A stretch of 64,000 bases of DNA from Sedimentisphaerales bacterium (lineage in GTDB: Bacteria > Planctomycetota > Phycisphaerae > Sedimentisphaerales > Anaerobacaceae): positions 1,056,001 to 1,120,000 of the forward strand of contig JAXGYC010000007.1 of assembly GCA_040772485.1 (NCBI GenBank), written 5' to 3'. This document shows positions 1 to 7,819 of the stretch, piece by piece. Position 1 is the first letter of the stretch; each line of letters opens with the position of its first letter. Both the position numbers and the translations under genes were made by a program. Below the pieces are notes generated by a model. That model was not told the DNA's origin. It made no database searches and saw only the letters and a list, made by a program, of their open reading frames with translations.

Positions 1-100
1 ATTCGACGTAACGGCATACGACAGATCCAGCGGAAGGTTCTTTGCGGGCCGAACACCCAAGGTCAGGCGCTATGGCAGCAGGTGTGTAAATGGGGAGGCG

Positions 101-2554
101 TCAGCGGGCTGGCAGGAGCGTGCCCGGCGACCACCCCGACCCGAGCGAGAGTTTGGGCCTGCGACCCTCCTTCAGGGCCGCCGCCATGGCGCGGACCAGG
201 TCGCTGGCGTCCGAACCGGCCATCCAGTCCAGCACCCTGTCGAAGTCGCTGCCCTGCGTGGTGCCCAGAAGATAGACGGTCATGAGACGAACCGGCCATT
301 GACCGTGATGTAGGTTCTTGCCCGCCGCGGCGGTCAGTTCCTGGTCGAGCGGCATCGAAAGCAGGTCCGCTGTCGCATTGACCTTGACGGCCCAATCGCG
401 TTCATCCTGGCTCAGGAGCAGGCCGGGATCCTTCAGGAGCGCCGAGCGGAGCAAGTCCGGCAGCCATGCGGCGTACCGATATGGGTAAAGCGTGCCATGC
501 TGAGCCATGGCGTGCTGCTCCCGCAGAAGGCCGGTGAACAACTGCGAGGTTCGCACCTTCTGGGCTTCCTGCTCGGACGAGAGAGAATCCACTCGGCTGC
601 GAACATAGGCGGCGGTCACGTCCACCTTCGGACGCCGTACAACGATCGTCACAGGCTCCAGGTCGGCAATCCCGTTGCGAATCAGCCCCTCCGGCGTCGT
701 GACAGGGTCGAGATACAGCGTGAATTGAATCTCCAGGTTCGCCTGGGGATAGTCCAATAGAATCCGCCGAAGCAGGCCGGTCGACAGTCTCACCGAAGTG
801 CTCAGGCTCCGCCCCGGCTGCACCGTCAGGGCCGTACGAATGGTTTCAACCACGAGGTTGGGGATTTCCCTCTGGATGTCTCCGCCGACGCGGGCGTCGA
901 CCCGAATCCGACCCGCAAACAGGCCGTTCTCCGTAACCACCAGAGGCTCGACGCCCCGGTTAGTGATCGTGACGGTGGCGTCGATGTCGCCGCCGTAGGC
1001 CAGTTCGCTTCCGCGTGCGCCGAACTGCACTTCGAACCTCTTGGCAGGCGGCAAGAACGCCGGGATGAGCGTCTGTCCGAGATTCTGATGCAGGTACGTA
1101 GTCATCCCGGCCGGATCGACGGGCGGAACGTACGCACTGCCGATCGTCCTGAGAATCTCCCCGGCCCGTTCAGCCGCCAGTGAGCCGGGGTCCTTGCCAA
1201 TGGCGGTGCGAAGTGTGGCGATCGCACCGGCTTTGTCCTGCTCGACCAACTGAATCTGCGCCTGCACGATATCGGCGATCTGGTTGTGCTCGAACGATTG
1301 CAGCACAGGCTTGGCCCATTCGAGCTGACCGTTCATGCCAAGGGCATAGGCCAGCAGCGCCCCGGCATCGGGCGAATTCGGCTCGACCGAGTAGCTCTTG
1401 TTGGCCCAATCCAGCGCCTTGACCGGGTTCGGATCGGCGAAGCAGTAGAACCAGGCAAGGTCCTTGGAGGTCAACGGCCGTGTGAGTGTGACCCCGCTCG
1501 ACTGGCCTTGCCCCAGCGACAGGATGCGCTCAGCCTGCTGTCCGGCTTGATCGAGCAGACGTCTGGCTTCCTGCTGGTTTCCCAGCCGTGCGGCCGCCCT
1601 GGCGGCGGTCGCTTCCAGCAGAAGATCGAACTGCCCCTGCCGGCGAACGCTCTCGGCGATCTGAAGGCAGATATCCTGGCTGCCCTCGGCGTTATAACAG
1701 GCAATCGCCCACGGCAGATAGATGCCGGACGGCAGCGGCTCAGCCGGGCGTTGGTGGCGAAACAGCTCCGCGCCGTATCGGAAGGCCTCGGCGGCGACCT
1801 GATAGAGCCCCAGCCGCTGGGCATAGAGCGCGAAGTTCCGAACCGCCTCGGCGTCGAGCGGCTTCTCACGGAACGCCAGCCGCAAGTGTTCGAGGAAGGC
1901 GGCAGGACCGATCTCGTTTGGCGCCACTTCCGCCAGCTTCGCAAACGCCAGCGTATTGTACTTGTTGCTGTTGTAGGCCTGAAGGAAATAGAACTTCGCG
2001 CGCTGGGCGTCGGCCTTCTGCTGCATGACCAGCCCCAGGGCCGTGGCCAGCTCCGAATCGACCGCTGCGTTTCTGTTGCCGATCCGCCGGACCAGGTCTT
2101 CGAGCACCCTTTCGCGACCGTCCTGGCTGTTCTGTCGCGACAGGAGGTAGCGAATGGCCTCGGCGACAACCGCGCGGTCCGCCTGTTCGCTCACATAGCT
2201 TTGTAGAGCAGCCAGAATCTGAGCCGAGTAGTCCTTCGTGGTGGAGCGGGTCGCCAGCCTCAGCAGGAGCGGCTCGACGCCCGATGCCTGAGGGTCCAGC
2301 CGCTTGGCCGCAATCAGCAGGACGACCGCCTGGTCGATCGCAGGCCCGTCCACATCGAGCGCGTGCGTCAACTCCCCGGCAATCTGCACGAACCGGTCCG
2401 CTGCTGAAGACGAGCGGAGCCTGTCAGACGCGTCGGCGCGCGGCGTCACAGGAGGCGAGGCGACGGCCGGCCAGGGAGACGGCGCTTGCGCGCGAACATT
2501 GCAGGCAAGCAGAACCGCTGTGAGGAGCGCCACGACCGACCTGTCCCTGAACAT
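101..2554 (-). CDS. Secreted/periplasmic TPR- and HEAT-like repeat protein of unknown function (~817 aa)
   Basis: ATG at 2554 with AAGGAG RBS; signal peptide (MFRDRSVVALLTAVLLACNVRAQA); Ala/Leu-rich TPR-like helices, beta-rich middle region, HEAT-like C-terminus (WPVRLMTVYLLG, DLVRAMAAAL). Confidence 0.7.
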   Translation of the reverse strand: MFRDRSVVALLTAVLLACNVRAQAPSPWPAVASPPVTPRADASDRLRSSSAADRFVQIAGELTHALDVDGPAIDQAVVLLIAAKRLDPQASGVEPLLLRLATRSTTKDYSAQILAALQSYVSEQADRAVVAEAIRYLLSRQNSQDGRERVLEDLVRRIGNRNAAVDSELATALGLVMQQKADAQRAKFYFLQAYNSNKYNTLAFAKLAEVAPNEIGPAAFLEHLRLAFREKPLDAEAVRNFALYAQRLGLYQVAAEAFRYGAELFRHQRPAEPLPSGIYLPWAIACYNAEGSQDICLQIAESVRRQGQFDLLLEATAARAAARLGNQQEARRLLDQAGQQAERILSLGQGQSSGVTLTRPLTSKDLAWFYCFADPNPVKALDWANKSYSVEPNSPDAGALLAYALGMNGQLEWAKPVLQSFEHNQIADIVQAQIQLVEQDKAGAIATLRTAIGKDPGSLAAERAGEILRTIGSAYVPPVDPAGMTTYLHQNLGQTLIPAFLPPAKRFEVQFGARGSELAYGGDIDATVTITNRGVEPLVVTENGLFAGRIRVDARVGGDIQREIPNLVVETIRTALTVQPGRSLSTSVRLSTGLLRRILLDYPQANLEIQFTLYLDPVTTPEGLIRNGIADLEPVTIVVRRPKVDVTAAYVRSRVDSLSSEQEAQKVRTSQLFTGLLREQHAMAQHGTLYPYRYAAWLPDLLRSALLKDPGLLLSQDERDWAVKVNATADLLSMPLDQELTAAAGKNLHHGQWPVRLMTVYLLGTTQGSDFDRVLDWMAGSDASDLVRAMAAALKEGRRPKLSLGSGWSPGTLLPAR

Positions 2555-2730
2555 CCGTTTCTCCTTCAAGGCATAGTACGAGCCTTGTATCAACAGGGTA
2601 TTTCGGGCGACGGCCCTGCTCGCTTTAGATGTTATCGCCACAAGGACCGAGGATTTCCCATCATTTGGACAGGCGCAGGTCCGATAAGTTCCGAGCGGCG
2701 TCGCAGAGCAGGCTGTCCGAGCCAAGACCC

Positions 2731-4323
2731 TCAGGGCCTGGCCACGACCCCCTTCGTTCTCCTGCCTCCAAGCAGCAGCCCGAGCATTTCGATGTGCAGG
2801 AGCCTGGAGGCCAGCAGATACGCGACGGCGGCGGCCGGTACGGCCAGGGACAACTGAAGGGCAATGCCGTGGTACCGCAGCGCGTACATCACGGCCAACA
2901 GGACGACCTCCATGCAGATCGTCGCGCCGATCGTTTGCAGGATCGCCCGCCCCATTCCGTGGAGAAAGCCGGGGCCCAATCGATGTCGCAGGACGGTCAT
3001 GAGAATCCCGACCTGGATGTACGAGCAGATGGCGGTCGATGCGGCCAACCCGCCGCAGCCGAGGAACCACACCAGCGTCAGGTTCAGACAGACGTTGACC
3101 AGCACCGCAACCGCCGCGCTCCTGGCCGGAACACCCGACTCCTGAAGCGCGTAGAAGACGCGCGTCAACACCTGCTGAGCGAAGTATCCGCTGAGCCCCA
3201 GAACGTAGAACGCCAGGGCGAAGGTGGTTCCGATGGAGTCGGCCGAACGGAATTCGCCTCGCTCAAAGATCACACTGACCGTTGGTTCGCCGATGAGCAG
3301 CAGACCGACGGTGGCCGGAATCGAGATGAACAGCGAGCAGCGCAGTCCACGCGAGACGGTGTTGCGCAGCGACACAAGGTCGTTTCGCGCCGCGTCGGCG
3401 CTCAACACCGGGAAGATCGCCGTCGCCAGAGAGATTCCAAAGACACCGAGCGGGAACTGATAGAGCCGCTGTGCATAGAACAACTGCGAGACCGCTCCCT
3501 CCCATAGCGGATAATCGATTCGCCATCCGAGCAGCCTGAAGAAATGCCCTTTCTCCGGCGAACCGGATAGCCAAAGGGCGATGAAGCTGTCTGCCAGCGT
3601 GTTGATTTGCGTGGCGGCCAAGCCCAGAATCATGGGCCCCATCAGGAGCAGCACCCGGCGAAAGGCATCCGATCGAATGTCCCATGCCGGACGCAAGTGA
3701 ACTCCGCAGGAGTGAAGCGGCGGAATGTGCATAGCCAGTTGAACGAATCCGGTCAGCAGAACGGCCCCGGCCGCCAGAAAAGCCTGGGTCCGCGCAGGGA
3801 CCTTCAGGGCCCATCCGCCGAAACACAAGGCCACAATCAGCAACACGTTCAAAACGACCGGGGCGGCCGCCGGGGCGGCAAAATGCCTGTGTGTGTTCAG
3901 GATGCCGCCCAGGATCGCCACCGTGCAGACCAGGATCATGTAGGGCAGCATCGCACCGGTAAGAAAGAGCTTCAGCCGGGTCGCCTCGCGGTCCGAGAGT
4001 GCGTACAGGATCCAGACCAGCCCTTCCCCTGCGATCACGATCACCGCCAGCAGAACAAACACCACCGTCGCGGCTGTCATTGCCAGTCGGTCGGCCGCAC
4101 GTCGATCCCTTGCCAGCTCCTGGCTGTACACCGGGATCAGGGACGAGGAGGCGGCGCCCTCGCCAAAGAGCCGACGCGAGAGATTGGGAATCATGAAAGC
4201 AATGACCCAGCCGTCCATCACGCCGCTGGCGCCGAGAAAGAAGGCGAAGACCATGTCGCGGATCATGCCGAGAACCCGGCTGACGACGGTCAACACCACG
4301 ATTTGTCGAAACCCCTTGATCAA
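2731..4323 (-). CDS. murJ: Lipid II flippase MurJ (MviN)
   Basis: SRVLGMIRD, PNLSRRLFGEGA, YAQRLYQFPLGVFG and TRVFYALQ motifs; many TM segments; TTG start after GGGAGG. Confidence 0.95.
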   Translation of the reverse strand: MIKGFRQIVVLTVVSRVLGMIRDMVFAFFLGASGVMDGWVIAFMIPNLSRRLFGEGAASSSLIPVYSQELARDRRAADRLAMTAATVVFVLLAVIVIAGEGLVWILYALSDREATRLKLFLTGAMLPYMILVCTVAILGGILNTHRHFAAPAAAPVVLNVLLIVALCFGGWALKVPARTQAFLAAGAVLLTGFVQLAMHIPPLHSCGVHLRPAWDIRSDAFRRVLLLMGPMILGLAATQINTLADSFIALWLSGSPEKGHFFRLLGWRIDYPLWEGAVSQLFYAQRLYQFPLGVFGISLATAIFPVLSADAARNDLVSLRNTVSRGLRCSLFISIPATVGLLLIGEPTVSVIFERGEFRSADSIGTTFALAFYVLGLSGYFAQQVLTRVFYALQESGVPARSAAVAVLVNVCLNLTLVWFLGCGGLAASTAICSYIQVGILMTVLRHRLGPGFLHGMGRAILQTIGATICMEVVLLAVMYALRYHGIALQLSLAVPAAAVAYLLASRLLHIEMLGLLLGGRRTKGVVARP

Positions 4324-4365
4324 ATTCGTTCCTCCCTGAACGGCGAGCCTCAGGATCGGCCCGGA

Positions 4366-5622
4366 CTACGCTTCGATACCCTTTCGCGGCGCCACGCTGA
4401 ACGGCCGGCACCGGCCCACGTTGTTCAGGAGGCCGACCGCCATCATGTTCACCAGCAGGCTGGAGCCCCCATAGCTGACGAACGGCAGGGTCAGTCCCGT
4501 GATCGGCATCAGGCCGAGCGTCATGCCGACGTTGATTGCCACTTCAACAACGAACATGGCGACGATTCCCATCGCCATGAGCCTGCCGAACGGGTCGGTG
4601 TTGTGGACGGCGATCTCCAGGCCACAGACCACGAGCAGGACATACAGCAACAAGAACCCGATGCAGCCGATGAAACCCACCTGGTGGGCAATCACCGAGA
4701 AGATGAAATCGTTGTGCCGTTCAGGAAGAAAGTCGTACTTGACGAAGGGCCCCTGGCCGTACCCGGCCCCGCTCCAGCCGCCCGAGGCAACGGCGAACTT
4801 GGACCGGACCAGGTGGTAACCCCATTCGTTCCGCCAACTGCGCTCGGTGAACTTGCTCCCAACGAGGAACTTGCCCAGAGCGGGGTGGTTCTGGGCCTTG
4901 TCGCGCACCCACCGGCTCTGGAGCAACACGCTGCTGATTCGGACCCGTTGGTACGGCCTGAGCATGAACCACATGGCGGGACTGACCACCACCGCCAGCA
5001 GCACGATCATGGCCAGATGCCTGATCCGCGCCCCCGCCACGAACAGCATCGTGAAGAACACCGGCATCATCAGCATGACCGTACCCAGGTCGGGTTCCAG
5101 CAGAATCAGCACCATCGGGACCAGCGTCACCGCAAACGGACCCAGAAGGGCGCTGAACCGGCTGTAATTGCTCCGAAAACGCAGATACCACGCCAAGGCC
5201 AGGATGTAGGCGAGCTTGCAGAACTCCGAGGGCTGAATCGCCGGCAGGGAGTGAGAGCCGATCCTGAACACGATCCAGCGGTGGGCCCCCCCGCGCAGGG
5301 GCACGAACGGCAGCGACACGTACTTGCCCAGCAGGATCACCGCCAGCAGCAGCACGGTCGCCAGGTAGATCCAGTGGCTGGCGGCCCCGAGGCGACGATA
5401 GTTGACGAGATTGGCGGCGACGAATCCCGCCGCGCCGACCACGGCGAAAACCAGTTGCTTCTTCCAATAGCCGGCCAGCTCGGCCGCATCGCTGGCCGGG
5501 CTGAGTTCGTCGGGATGGCCCACCACGTAGATCGTGGCGATTCCGATCGCGAGCAGGCCAACCATACAGGCCATCAGGCAGATCCGGACAGGTAAGAGCC
5601 GGCCCTTCAAGAAATTACGCAT
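4366..5622 (-). CDS. rodA: SEDS family peptidoglycan glycosyltransferase (RodA/FtsW), RodA-like
   Basis: GAHRWI, IQPSEFCK, EPDLGT, FLPERHNDFIF, GLTLPFVSYGGSS motifs; start placed at ATG 5622. Confidence 0.88.
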   Translation of the reverse strand: MRNFLKGRLLPVRICLMACMVGLLAIGIATIYVVGHPDELSPASDAAELAGYWKKQLVFAVVGAAGFVAANLVNYRRLGAASHWIYLATVLLLAVILLGKYVSLPFVPLRGGAHRWIVFRIGSHSLPAIQPSEFCKLAYILALAWYLRFRSNYSRFSALLGPFAVTLVPMVLILLEPDLGTVMLMMPVFFTMLFVAGARIRHLAMIVLLAVVVSPAMWFMLRPYQRVRISSVLLQSRWVRDKAQNHPALGKFLVGSKFTERSWRNEWGYHLVRSKFAVASGGWSGAGYGQGPFVKYDFLPERHNDFIFSVIAHQVGFIGCIGFLLLYVLLVVCGLEIAVHNTDPFGRLMAMGIVAMFVVEVAINVGMTLGLMPITGLTLPFVSYGGSSLLVNMMAVGLLNNVGRCRPFSVAPRKGIEA

Positions 5623-5755
5623 GTTCTCAGCATACCACAGGGTCCCTTCTGCGTACAGTCGCAGATGGCGAAATCGCCCTCGGCATGCCCGCGGACGGGC
5701 CCTCGATCCACTCCCGGGCTCCAGGGCAGGAACGTCCGCTTTTTTGGTTTTGATC

Positions 5756-5784
5756 TTGATTTGGATGGCCCTTTTTGGTACGCT
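5756..5784 (+). promoter_or_regulatory. Putative sigma70-type promoter for the 5791-7051 transcript
   Basis: TTGATT-17 bp-TACGCT with TGG directly before the -10 box; predicted start near 5791. Confidence 0.45.
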
Positions 5785-5790
5785 ACAGTA

Positions 5791-5971
5791 GGTTTTCCAG
5801 GTCTGATGGACCGGCACCGATGGGAACAGACCGTTCCGTCAAGCGGCGGGAAAGGAGGAGCAGAGGGACATAGAGCACTTCTGTTGCCGGCTTTTCCCGC
5901 GAGCAGGACTGCCACATCCGTGGCCGCTTGGGTTGTTGGTCTGCCTCAGAGACGCCGCCATCAGCGGAACC
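5791..5971 (+). ncRNA. Candidate structured RNA (rod-like 5' leader or stand-alone ncRNA), family unidentified
   Basis: Nested complementarities: CTGATGG 5803-5809/CCATCAG 5958-5964; CGGC/GCCG; CAGACC 5827-5832/GGTCTG 5938-5943; CAAGCGGC 5840-5847/GCCGCTTG 5923-5930; GCGGGAAAG 5846-5854/CTTTTCCCGC 5891-5900. Confidence 0.5.
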
Positions 5972-6076
5972 ACGAAGAAGAGAGAAGAGAAGAGCAGAAG
6001 CAGGCGAAACAAAACCAAGGTGGAGCGGGCGGTGTTGGCCCGCGAAGAAGAAGAGAAGAGAAAGGAAGGTTTGGTC

Positions 6077-7051
6077 ATGAAGAGGCTGAGTTTGTTGCTG
6101 GCTGTGCTGGTGCTTGGCAGCCCGGCCTTGGGGGCCGTGAGGATCATCGTCGAGCCGAACGACAATACGGCGGCGATCAAGTACGAAACGGATGGGGAGA
6201 TCGTCCGGGCCTTTGCCCTGGACATCATCGTGGATGCCGGAACGATTATCGGCATCTCCGATTTCATCCGGGGCGAGAGCACCGCAGAGAACCCCGGCTA
6301 TGGCATCTTCCCCGCGAACTTCGGCCGCTACATCACTGTCGACGCCGATACGGGTGAAGTCGCCACATGGGACGTGAGCAACTACACCCCCGTCGCGGAT
6401 CCGTGCGATCCCGGCGCGCTGGGCGGACTGGGCACCGACGGCATCACGATCGAGATGGGCGCCCTGTACTATCCCGCCGCAGACAGCTCCCCCAACGCCC
6501 CTGGCACCAGCGGCACGCTTTGCAGGCTGACCCTCAGCACCACCGCCAACGTGACCGTGAGCCTGAACGAGGTTCGCGGCGGTGTTGTTCTGACGGACCC
6601 GGACGTGGCCGCAACAGTCGATATGCTCCAGGCCTCGGCCATGACCGTGGTACCCGAGAACGAGCTGCTGGCGCCGAGCCACCCCGATTACGCCGAATGG
6701 GTCGCCGTGGGCAAGCCGGTCTGCTGGGCCTACCCAAGACAGTGTCATGGTGACGCCGACGGCGTAGCCGAGGGCAATGCGAGCACCGGCTACTCATATG
6801 TCGGCCCGCAGGACCTCAACGTCCTGGTCGCCGCCTGGCAGGTCAAGGAGCCGCCCTTCGGTCCGGGGATTGCATCGATCGAAAACGGCATCTGCGCCGA
6901 CTTCGCCCGTGACAAGGAGGGCAGCAAAGCGACCGGCTTCTATCGCGTCGGTACGACAGACCTGAATCGCCTCGTGGCCAACTGGCTGGTCAAGGAATCG
7001 CCGAAGGGCCCGGGCGTCCGGGGCGACTGTGGCGGCAGCCTGGTGCCGTAG
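6077..7051 (+). CDS. Secreted protein with cohesin-like N-terminal beta-sandwich and dockerin-like C-terminal domain (~324 aa)
   Basis: ATG 6077 after AAGGAAGG; signal peptide MKRLSLLLAVLVLGSPALG; duplicated GDADG...VGPQDLNVLVAAW / ADFARD...VGTTDLNRLVANW; several Cys. Confidence 0.7.
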   Translation: MKRLSLLLAVLVLGSPALGAVRIIVEPNDNTAAIKYETDGEIVRAFALDIIVDAGTIIGISDFIRGESTAENPGYGIFPANFGRYITVDADTGEVATWDVSNYTPVADPCDPGALGGLGTDGITIEMGALYYPAADSSPNAPGTSGTLCRLTLSTTANVTVSLNEVRGGVVLTDPDVAATVDMLQASAMTVVPENELLAPSHPDYAEWVAVGKPVCWAYPRQCHGDADGVAEGNASTGYSYVGPQDLNVLVAAWQVKEPPFGPGIASIENGICADFARDKEGSKATGFYRVGTTDLNRLVANWLVKESPKGPGVRGDCGGSLVP

Positions 7052-7130
7052 TGCCATTGCTCTTGCTTGTGTCGTGTCGATCCGACGGAGCACGGTGAGC
7101 GTCGGTTCGATACCTTGGAACGTGCAACGA

Positions 7131-7165
7131 GGGCAAGTCCCGTCAGTGGGCTTGCCCTTTTCTTT
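7131..7165 (+). terminator. Rho-independent terminator
   Basis: GGGCAAGTCC-CGTCAGT-GGGCTTGCCC followed by TTTTCTTT. Confidence 0.85.
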
Positions 7166-7240
7166 GCGCTTGCCCGCCGGAGGTCTTCATGGTATGGTCG
7201 AGATGGTTTTCCACTGGTGCCCTTCAGGAGGATTGACCAC

Positions 7241-7816
7241 ATGAGACGCACTGCGGATGTCATCATCTGTCTGATCGTAACTGTACTGCCGATGGGCTGT
7301 CGGACCCCTTCCGCGCGGCCTCCGGACGGCCAAAGCGTCGTGGTGGAAGGCGGAGGCAGATTCCCGGCGGCACTGGCGGGCACGTGGAAAGCGGACCGCG
7401 ACGGATGGGAGTTCGTCATCGAGCGGGATGGGCGCATCTCCTCGGCGGTCATCAGTCTCGGCCGGGTCCGCGTCACGCCGGGCAAGAGCGAGACGCTCCC
7501 CACCCAGGGAGGCGGCGAGGGGCTCTTCGAACCCGGACCGTGGGCCGTCTACTGCAATCCGAAGACGAACGAGGTGATCGTCAAGATTGTCATGCGTCAC
7601 GTGCGCGTCGGGATGGCCGAGGCGATTCTCGAAGGCACCAGCACAGACACGTTCTCCGGCCCCATGTCGCCTGCCGACAATGTCTGGCAAGTGCAGTGGA
7701 CGAACTTCAGCACCTATCAGCTCCAGATGCCTGATGGCTCTGCATCGGAATTGTCGACCGACGAAACCTATGGCGAGACGAATTCACTGACATTCGAAAG
7801 GCTGTCGCGACCGTAG
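7241..7816 (+). CDS. Hypothetical lipoprotein (~191 aa)
   Basis: ATG after AGGAGG; lipobox-like LPMGC; beta-rich mature region (LAGTWKAD). Confidence 0.7.
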   Translation: MRRTADVIICLIVTVLPMGCRTPSARPPDGQSVVVEGGGRFPAALAGTWKADRDGWEFVIERDGRISSAVISLGRVRVTPGKSETLPTQGGGEGLFEPGPWAVYCNPKTNEVIVKIVMRHVRVGMAEAILEGTSTDTFSGPMSPADNVWQVQWTNFSTYQLQMPDGSASELSTDETYGETNSLTFERLSRP

Positions 7817-7819
7817 GTG

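Noticed and set aside
2555..3070. Upstream in-frame extensions in the ORF track (to 3070, 5817, 12110, 56655, 63001)
   Set aside because: They overlap neighbouring genes or promoter motifs; downstream starts have better RBS or signal-peptide support
5791..5971. Firm call as 6S RNA
   Set aside because: Shape and size fit loosely, but I could not identify conserved 6S sequence elements or a clear large central bubble; kept only as an unidentified structured RNA
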